From a virus: DNA of 64,000 nucleotides. Under the pieces are notes generated by a model. It saw only the letters and a program-made list of their open reading frames with translations, searched no databases and was not told where the DNA came from. The first letter of the stretch is position 1. Each line of letters starts with the position of its first letter. Below are positions 58,911 to 64,000 of this stretch, piece by piece. The position numbers and the translations under genes are program-made. Location of the stretch: IMG/VR virus record IMGVR_UViG_3300035698_026482, positions 118,841-182,840 of that record, one strand, 5' to 3'.

Positions 58911-58985
58911 TGGTCCTTTGGACAGGTAACGCACCTGTATCTCTGCGGCTTCAACGCAGCGCTAATCTATTTCAGCTACCAAAGG
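58911..58985 (-). tRNA. tRNA-Phe(GAA)
   Basis: CCTTTGG/CCAAAGG, CTGCG-TTGAAGC-CGCAG, CCA. Confidence 0.8.
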
Positions 58986-58988
58986 ATG

Positions 58989-59071
58989 TGGTCGGGTGGG
59001 TGAGAATCGAACTCACCTGCGTAAACGCTGAAGTTTTACAGACTTCGTCGCCACCTTGGCTGTTCCACCCG
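58989..59071 (-). tRNA. tRNA-Tyr(GUA)
   Basis: CGGGTGG/CCACCCG, GAAGT-CTGTAAA-ACTTC, long variable arm, CCA. Confidence 0.88.
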
Positions 59072-59218
59072 ATAACGGGATTCGGTTTTCTCTCTACTGT
59101 TTGTTTCGAGGTACCTTAATCACCGGAAACGCTCTCGCTCCTGTCACGTCTAAATTGTCCCCGCGACGTTCCGGGTTATTTTGTCGATATTGTATATTGT
59201 TATTCCCTATTTAGAAGT

Positions 59219-59833
59219 ATGAAGATTCATGTTGAAAAATTTTGGGATGATGAGTTGAATGAAGAAAATGAAGATGAATATTCAATTGCACAAATTAAAC
59301 GCCATGGCGTAAAAAAGAAGCAGCATAGTCCAGTTACATTATTGGTGCCAATCGCCGTCCGCCTCAAGAGATGGATACCCGTCAAAGCGTATATGCTTTG
59401 TATGGGAACGCGAAATAGCTTTGAGTGCGACACATTTAAAAAGCATTTACCCGCCGATGCAAGTGTGAAATCAGTTGATATTGCGTCTGATGCCAAGGCT
59501 GATTTTACTATGAGCTTTAATCAGTTCCCAGAAGACTGGGCTGAAACATGCGATGTGATTTATTCAAATGCACTTGATCATGCAACAGACGCTACGGCTA
59601 CGTTTTACGAATGGCTTCGCATCCTTAAGCCGGGTGGAATTGTTGTCTTACGAACCACCCAAGACCCTAGAATTAGTCCCGCCGATTGCTGTAGCTTCAC
59701 AGATGAAAATACGCTTAATTTTATTGAGTGGTGTGTGGGTGTTGAACTTCTCCTGTTTGAGTTAATTGATGGCGAGTCTCATTTCTTTATTAGAAAACTC
59801 GATTGCGTTGATGGTGACCCAACGGAGAATTGA
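59219..59833 (+). CDS. Class I SAM-dependent methyltransferase-like protein
   Basis: LCMGTRN; SVDI; DVIYSNALDHA...LRILKPGGIVVL. Confidence 0.75.
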   Translation: MKIHVEKFWDDELNEENEDEYSIAQIKRHGVKKKQHSPVTLLVPIAVRLKRWIPVKAYMLCMGTRNSFECDTFKKHLPADASVKSVDIASDAKADFTMSFNQFPEDWAETCDVIYSNALDHATDATATFYEWLRILKPGGIVVLRTTQDPRISPADCCSFTDENTLNFIEWCVGVELLLFELIDGESHFFIRKLDCVDGDPTEN

Positions 59834-59886
59834 ACTCCGATTATACGATTGAAAGTCGTGTATCTTAACCGTTAGATGATTGGGCC
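59812..59886 (-). tRNA. tRNA-Glu(UUC)
   Basis: GGCCCAA/TTGGGTC, loop CT-TTC-AA, CCA. Confidence 0.88.
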
Positions 59887-59897
59887 ATTTGACGATT

Positions 59898-59974
59898 TGG
59901 AGATTCCTCTCGGACTTGAACCGAGGACCCACAGCTTAACAAGCTATCGCTCTAACCAACTGAGCTAAGGAATC
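59898..59974 (-). tRNA. tRNA-Asn(GUU)
   Basis: GATTCCT/AGGAATC, loop TT-GTT-AA, CCA. Confidence 0.88.
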
Positions 59975-59985
59975 TTATTGTGTCT

Positions 59986-60444
59986 TTACTCGTATTTCTC
60001 CTTGAGAATACGCAGTTGTTCTCGTTCGGCGTCTTCTGCAAGCTTTTTTAATTTCTTGTCTTTCTCTAGAGCTTTCTCTTTCCTGGCGGCATTCCAAAGC
60101 TTCATTTCTGCTTCATATTTTTTATTTTTGGATTCCCATGTCTTAAGCTTTTTAAGATAGGCGGCCATATCCTTGGCGTAATGCGCGTTCTCTTGCGGAA
60201 TAGGAAGCACCTTCCAGATTTCAACGCTCGTCGCCCCATAATCATACTCATCAACGTCGACTTCAATCTTGAGATAAGCCTCGCTTGTTTCAGCAAGCTC
60301 TAAAATAGTCTCACGCGAAATTTCTATTTCTAGATCGCCATAGCCACTATCCAAAAGCGTGCGTTGCTCATTGCTAATAATCTTTAGCGGCATGTCCGGC
60401 TCGCGAGGCTTACTTGGCTTTTTGATTGATGTTTTGATTTTCAT
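59986..60444 (-). CDS. Hypothetical charged protein (152 aa)
   Basis: ORF with K/E-rich C-terminal helix. Confidence 0.65.
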   Translation of the reverse strand: MKIKTSIKKPSKPREPDMPLKIISNEQRTLLDSGYGDLEIEISRETILELAETSEAYLKIEVDVDEYDYGATSVEIWKVLPIPQENAHYAKDMAAYLKKLKTWESKNKKYEAEMKLWNAARKEKALEKDKKLKKLAEDAEREQLRILKEKYE

Positions 60445-60647
60445 AATGAATCCGATTGTTGTTGTGAAATGTTGTTTTCTGTAAGAATTCGATTAGCGCG
60501 CTTGTAGTTTCCGCCACGAGGACTAATCTGCAATTTGATAAGAGCTTGTCTAATATTGGGCGTAGTTTTCAAAGCTTCAATAAATTCGCTTTCGGTAACT
60601 GATCCGTATGCGCCTTCATGATGATGTTCGCAGTTTTCACATTGTAT
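60441..60647 (-). pseudogene. Homing-endonuclease-like relic starting at ATA
   Basis: Open frame IQCENCEHHHEGAYGSVTESEFIEALKTTPNIRQALIKL..GGNYK; ATA 5 nt after TATAAT; ATGA-coupled to next gene; no nuclease core. Confidence 0.55.
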
Positions 60648-60681
60648 ACTGTATTATACGCAATTCGAACTGTGGTTAAAA

Positions 60682-60769
60682 TGGTGAGCAGAGAGGGATT
60701 CGAACCCTCGTGGGTGTTAACCATCCGCTTAAAAGGCGGTTACAATCGACCAGGCTCTGTCATCTGCCC
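60682..60769 (-). tRNA. tRNA-Lys(UUU) with long variable arm
   Basis: GGGCAGA/TCTGCTC, loop CT-TTT-AA, ~14-nt variable region, CCA. Confidence 0.8.
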
Positions 60770-60854
60770 AAATACGGGCCTGTTGAGTGACCCGCTAAAT
60801 CTTGTTTCCTTGTTTATGTTTTCGTTTGTTCATGATGAGTATCTTTCTTGAAGT

Positions 60855-60929
60855 TGGTGGCCCTACGGGGAATCGAACCCCGATCTTAACACTGAGAATG
60901 TTGTATTCTTGCCGTTGAACTATAGGGCC
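60855..60929 (-). tRNA. tRNA-Glu(CUC)
   Basis: GGCCCTA/TAGGGCC, loop TT-CTC-AG, CCA. Confidence 0.88.
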
Positions 60930-60932
60930 GCA

Positions 60933-61008
60933 TGGAGGCTCCACCCCGAATCGAACGGGGATCGCTTGGTTTGCAATCAAGTGCCATAATCCGTTAGACC
61001 ATGGAGCC
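60933..61008 (-). tRNA. tRNA-Cys(GCA)
   Basis: GGCTCCA/TGGAGCC, loop TT-GCA-AA, U73, CCA. Confidence 0.9.
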
Positions 61009-61011
61009 AGT

Positions 61012-61082
61012 TGGCAGGTCGTGAGGGGATCGAACCCTCTAAATCGCTTTTGGAGAGCAATTGCAGAACCATCTGACGACCT
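61012..61082 (-). tRNA. tRNA-Trp(CCA), short D-arm
   Basis: AGGTCGT/ACGACCT, TTGCT-CTCCAAA-AGCGA, G73, CCA; 71 nt. Confidence 0.8.
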
Positions 61083-61086
61083 AGGG

Positions 61087-61161
61087 TGAGCAGGGCGGGA
61101 TTTGAACCCACCTGGTGGAGTTTAAGAGACTCCTGTAACGGCCTGACTGTACTACCTGCCC
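61087..61161 (-). tRNA. tRNA-Lys(CUU)
   Basis: GGGCAGG/CCTGCTC, GGAGT-CTCTTAA-ACTCC; CCA not encoded (CCC). Confidence 0.85.
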
Positions 61162-61194
61162 AAACTAGTCTTAAAGAGTACTCACATTCTGCAT

Positions 61195-61267
61195 TTATCC
61201 ATGTTGGACTCGAACCAACGATCTCCGCCCAAACCAGCGTCGCTTTAACCACTAAGCTAATGGTAAC
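61195..61267 (-). pseudogene. Degenerate tRNA
   Basis: D-arm TAGCTTAGTGGTTAAAGC and T-arm GTTGG-TTCGAGT-CCAAC intact; anticodon arm and acceptor end degraded, no CCA. Confidence 0.65.
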
Positions 61268-61346
61268 AGTGTTGTGCAATAAGACTCACTTCATGAGTTC
61301 TGTATAAATTGGTGTACTAAATCTCCTTATCTTTTCCTCATTTACG

Positions 61347-61421
61347 TGGTGGAGGATGACGGTTATGCTCCGTCGATGACACATTGCAAGTGTGTGGGTT
61401 TCCTGATTAGCCTAATCCCCC
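61347..61421 (-). tRNA. tRNA-Ala(UGC)
   Basis: G3:U70 present, ACACA-CTTGCAA-TGTGT, CCA. Confidence 0.9.
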
Positions 61422-61880
61422 ATATTTTTCATTCCATTTAACAATTTTTTCATTTAATGCTTTAAGCGTTATTTCACTACTGATTCCTTTACTTATATTT
61501 TTTCCGTGTTGCATTAGTTGACAATTCGCAGGGTGCGATAATATCTCTGGCGCAATGTTGTTATCGTATCCGTATCTGACGGACATAATATGATCCCTTG
61601 ATACGCCTGATAGGTTATTGCCTCCATTTGACGGTGTATACCATCCATGTTCTTTTATAAGATTGAAATTAAATTCATCTGGATAATCAGCTAGTCCGAA
61701 CTTAAACGCACATTCTCGTCGATATTCGCGAAGTGTTTTTCCGCGTATTACTTGTAATTTTTGTAATTCTTCTCGTCGCGATGCAGCGCTGTACTTTGCG
61801 CCACACGATCTTGAACAAAGCTGTTGATACGAACTATTTTGGAAAAATTGGTTTTTGAACCTTAAAAGTTGCTGGCGTGT
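61407..61880 (-). pseudogene. HNH homing endonuclease frame lacking an N-terminal start codon
   Basis: 158-codon open frame: LCSRSCG...GVSRDHIMSVRYG...SHPANCQLMQHGKNISK; ends within tRNA-Ala 5' end. Confidence 0.7.
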
Positions 61881-62000
61881 TTATCAATCTATACACTAGA
61901 CACCCCTTTTCGCAGTGACCCGGGTCGATAAGCTCCGGCTTTCCAGCGATGCTGTGTTACTTTACACTAGTATTTGATTAATCAAACACCCGGCACGCCA
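61873..62000 (-). ncRNA. Candidate structured RNA
   Basis: TGGCGTG/CACGCCA closing helix; GTGTTTGA-TTAA-TCAAATAC hairpin; ACTAG/CTAGT. Confidence 0.4.
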
Positions 62001-62016
62001 CCACCGGTTTTGCATC

Positions 62017-62091
62017 TGGTACCCACGCAAGGAGTCGAACCTTGATATCATCGTCCGTAGCGATGCGCTCTATCCGTTGAGCTACGAGGGC
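62017..62091 (-). tRNA. tRNA-Arg(ACG)
   Basis: CATCG-CTACGGA-CGATG, CCA. Confidence 0.9.
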
Positions 62092-62118
62092 ATGTTTTGT
62101 TGTGTTGTTTCTTGTCGG

Positions 62119-62193
62119 TCTCCACGCCTCGATTCGAACGAGGAGTCTCTGCATCCCAAATGCAGCGCGATAACCAGATTACGCTACGTGGAG
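62119..62193 (-). tRNA. tRNA-Pro(UGG)
   Basis: CTCCACG/CGTGGAG, CTGCA-TTTGGGA-TGCAG, A73; CCA not encoded. Confidence 0.88.
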
Positions 62194-62209
62194 ATATTTT
62201 AAAAAGCTG

Positions 62210-62881
62210 TTACCAACTCATTTTTCGGCCCAAAGACCATCCTTGAACTGTCCAGGTGTTTAAATCAGTTTTTTTAATCCTTTTGTTTTGTTGAAGTGTT
62301 TCATTGAAGATCCAACATGTTCCATATTGTGAATTTCCTTTGCCGCGTTGATGTTTTGAGCTAGCCAGTCCGACTTTTCTTTTTGTTTCTTCTGTATGTT
62401 TATGTCCCAAAAATGGTGGATTCTCTCGATTATTTTTTGCGACCTTTTGGTATGCTACTTCTGAAAAGATTCCTCTGCTTTCGGCCTTTAAACGACGATT
62501 TCGTTCTGGATTAAGTAGTTTATTTCGTTCGCTGATAATCTTTATTTGTTTAGTGCGCCAGATTGGATCTTTCCAGAGTCTTTTAAGAAGTAGCCTGCCA
62601 TGAATTCCGCCCCCACCACCGCCAAGCGCGATGTTATATGTGTTGTGATTAGCGACAAATTGTTCAGTAACAAGACTTTTTTCGTAATTCAATGCTTCTT
62701 TTTCTGTATCAAATGACTCGAGTATTTGTTTTCGGAAATGCTCAATTCCATGCTTTTTGATGGCCTTATTGAGATATGTTCCGCTACCCATATAGCCGTC
62801 ATTTAAGTCATTTGTCGAGTGTTTTCCGATATAGATCTTTCCGTTGAGAATATTGGTGATTTGATAAACGTAGTGTTGCAT
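62210..62881 (-). CDS. GIY-YIG homing endonuclease with NUMOD3 (Seg-like)
   Basis: YVYQITNILNGKIYIGKH...GYMGSG; KHTEETKRKVG. Confidence 0.92.
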   Translation of the reverse strand: MQHYVYQITNILNGKIYIGKHSTNDLNDGYMGSGTYLNKAIKKHGIEHFRKQILESFDTEKEALNYEKSLVTEQFVANHNTYNIALGGGGGGIHGRLLLKRLWKDPIWRTKQIKIISERNKLLNPERNRRLKAESRGIFSEVAYQKVAKNNRENPPFLGHKHTEETKRKVGLASSKHQRGKGNSQYGTCWIFNETLQQNKRIKKTDLNTWTVQGWSLGRKMSW

Positions 62882-62925
62882 GCTCTAATTCGATTATACA
62901 CAATCGAGTTCGAGTCTTAAAAAGG

Positions 62926-62999
62926 CTCCAGGTGAAGGCCTCGAACCTTCAATCACTTGGTTAACAGCCAAGCCGCTTGCCTACTTTGCGTAACCCGGA
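62926..62999 (-). tRNA. tRNA-Asn(GUU), second copy
   Basis: TCCGGGT/ACCTGGA, CTTGG-CTGTTAA-CCAAG, G73; CCA not encoded. Confidence 0.85.
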
Positions 63000-63017
63000 A
63001 TGAAATCTTTTATTTTG

Positions 63018-63110
63018 AGCCGCAGAGACTACGAAGCCCGATCGAACCGCCTTCTTGTTGCCGCCCGAAGACGGTGGCGGATCGTCTCGGGCTAGGATTC
63101 TAGTGTGGCT
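63018..63110 (-). ncRNA. Candidate GC-rich structured RNA
   Basis: Nested helices AGCC/GGCT, GCCCGA/TCGGGC, GATCCGCC/GGCGGTTC, CCGTC-TTCG-GGCGG. Confidence 0.5.
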
Positions 63111-63237
63111 GGGATATTCTTGACTGCAACCACAAATTTTGGGCACATTGCGGCGGGCGTACGATTTGCACGCTTTGTATCGCTATATGTGTTCCAGAGT
63201 TTCATGGGAATAAAGAGTGTGTGTTGTGTGTGTGAAA

Positions 63238-63325
63238 TGGTAGCGGGGGCGAGGAGTTGAACCTGCAAGGGAAGTGTTCCCACCGGATTATGAGCCCGGG
63301 TGCTTAGCCTTTTGCATACCCCGCA
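63238..63325 (-). tRNA. Initiator-type tRNA-Met(CAU) with long variable arm
   Basis: 1:72 mismatch (T/T), CCGGG-CTCATAA-TCCGG, GGGAA-CAC-TTCCC variable arm, CCA. Confidence 0.8.
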
Positions 63326-63354
63326 TGGGGTCCGGCTTGTTGCCTGATACTCTT

Positions 63355-63382
63355 ATTATATCCTATAAGAAGCGCTTTTACA
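63355..63382 (-). promoter_or_regulatory. Promoter for tRNA array
   Basis: TGTAAA-N16-TATAAT, 30 nt upstream of tRNA-Met. Confidence 0.65.
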
Positions 63383-63406
63383 CTCAAGGATGCAAAAAAG
63401 TAACTT

Positions 63407-63544
63407 TTATTTTCTGTATCCTGGATTACACTTTTCGCGGATATGATCACGAATGTCCAAAAAAGCGAGGCTTAAACCCAATCCTGCGACAATCAGCGGA
63501 ATGCCAACGCATGTCCATAATCCGTCAAAAAGCTTGCGTTTCAT
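63407..63544 (-). CDS. Small membrane protein (45 aa)
   Basis: MKRKLFDGLWTCVGIPLIVAGLGLSLAFLDIRDHIREKCNPGYRK; single TM helix. Confidence 0.45.
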   Translation of the reverse strand: MKRKLFDGLWTCVGIPLIVAGLGLSLAFLDIRDHIREKCNPGYRK

Positions 63545-63558
63545 AATAAAACGACGTC

Positions 63559-64000
63559 TTAGTATTCGTTGGGATCAGGATTACGTCGGTGCTGATTCTT
63601 ACAATCGCCGTATTCATCATCCAGATCAAAGAAATCGGAGAGGCTTGTATCCTCATCATCAACGTAATCTGCACGCGGTTTAACTTTGTTCGTGCCGTGA
63701 CGCGTGAGACGTCGATTTAGCATTCTGCCAACGGGCCCTCGATCTTCATCGGCCTCATCTAGATCTGCTTCATCAATACCACGTGTCCCAATATTTGCGC
63801 CGGAGCGCCCAAGTCGTGCATGGCGTCGTGAGCGTGTGATGGGCTGATGATCCAGCGCCGCCAATTCATCTTCTAGATCAACAGACTGTTCATGCGCATC
63901 TGATTCGCGAATATGACCTTCATCATATCCGTAGTCATCATAGCCTTGCGGTTCATCATAACCAAGGTCGTCGCCACGATTCGCATTGCGGAAGTAAGCG
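63559..64000 (-). CDS. Acidic hypothetical protein, 5'-partial (enters from right edge)
   Basis: Frame open from 63999 (AYFRNANRGDDLGYDEPQGYDDY...) through the tracked 63559-63864 ORF. Confidence 0.65.
   Translation of the reverse strand, partial: AYFRNANRGDDLGYDEPQGYDDYGYDEGHIRESDAHEQSVDLEDELAALDHQPITRSRRHARLGRSGANIGTRGIDEADLDEADEDRGPVGRMLNRRLTRHGTNKVKPRADYVDDEDTSLSDFFDLDDEYGDCKNQHRRNPDPNEY

Noticed and set aside
59073-59180. Additional structured RNA (CCGGAAC...GTTTCCGG on minus strand)
   Set aside because: Only one or two short helices; could be promoter/terminator sequence for the adjacent genes
58276-62881. Group I introns hosting the endonucleases
   Set aside because: Flanking tRNAs are intact and uninterrupted and no group I core motifs were recognisable; endonucleases appear free-standing
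57266-63283. Short ORFs at 57266, 58877, 60618, 60795, 60977, 61086, 62961, 63092
   Set aside because: They overlap tRNA genes or structured RNA and are translation artefacts
1162-63683. Numerous plus-strand ORFs in the track (e.g. 8603, 9413, 10763, 49761, 51848)
   Set aside because: They are antisense shadows of well-supported minus-strand genes with no recognisable motifs
1-64000. Stop-codon reassignment (suggested by release factor and tRNA array)
   Set aside because: TAA, TGA and TAG all end well-supported genes (e.g. TAG at ligase and chaperonin ends; many ATGA overlaps) and no intact suppressor tRNA was found
1-64000. Diversity-generating retroelement or inteins
   Set aside because: No reverse transcriptase, no TR/VR repeat pair and no intein-like insertions in ligase, PhoH or RtcB were seen

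Overview
This 64 kb window is a fragment of a large (jumbo-type) tailed dsDNA phage genome with a contractile-tail baseplate, coded almost entirely on the minus strand in standard genetic code. Left to right: (1) 1-12.9 kb virion/baseplate module (LamG protein, gp6-like wedge, gp25-like, gp5-like hub) preceded by a phage sigma factor; (2) 14.7-35.9 kb, a ~21 kb glycan biosynthesis island (7 glycosyltransferase-type genes, NeuB-like synthase, cytidylyltransferase, HAD phosphatase, SDRs, class IV aminotransferase, UDP-sugar dehydrogenase, deacetylase, 5 methyltransferases); (3) a G-rich non-coding 40-bp tandem repeat; (4) host-like physiology genes (PIN-PhoH, Hc1-like protein, ClpP, degenerate GroEL, DNA ligase, site-2 protease, UvsE); (5) an RNA repair/translation region (RtcB, a domain-1-less RF1-type release factor, Rnl2-type ligase, DEDDh exoribonuclease); (6) a tRNA array (19 apparently intact tRNAs, one chimera, one pseudogene, one 107-nt tRNA-like RNA) invaded by HNH/GIY-YIG endonucleases. 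Most notable: the release factor gene is split by an RF2-style programmed +1 frameshift cassette (AGGAG-TGT-CTT-TAA-C) although the protein is RF1-type; a recurring TGTAAA-N16-TAnAAT-N6-ATG promoter implies leaderless mRNAs; and there are several unexplained structured RNAs. All product calls come from motif recognition by eye; no database searches were run.
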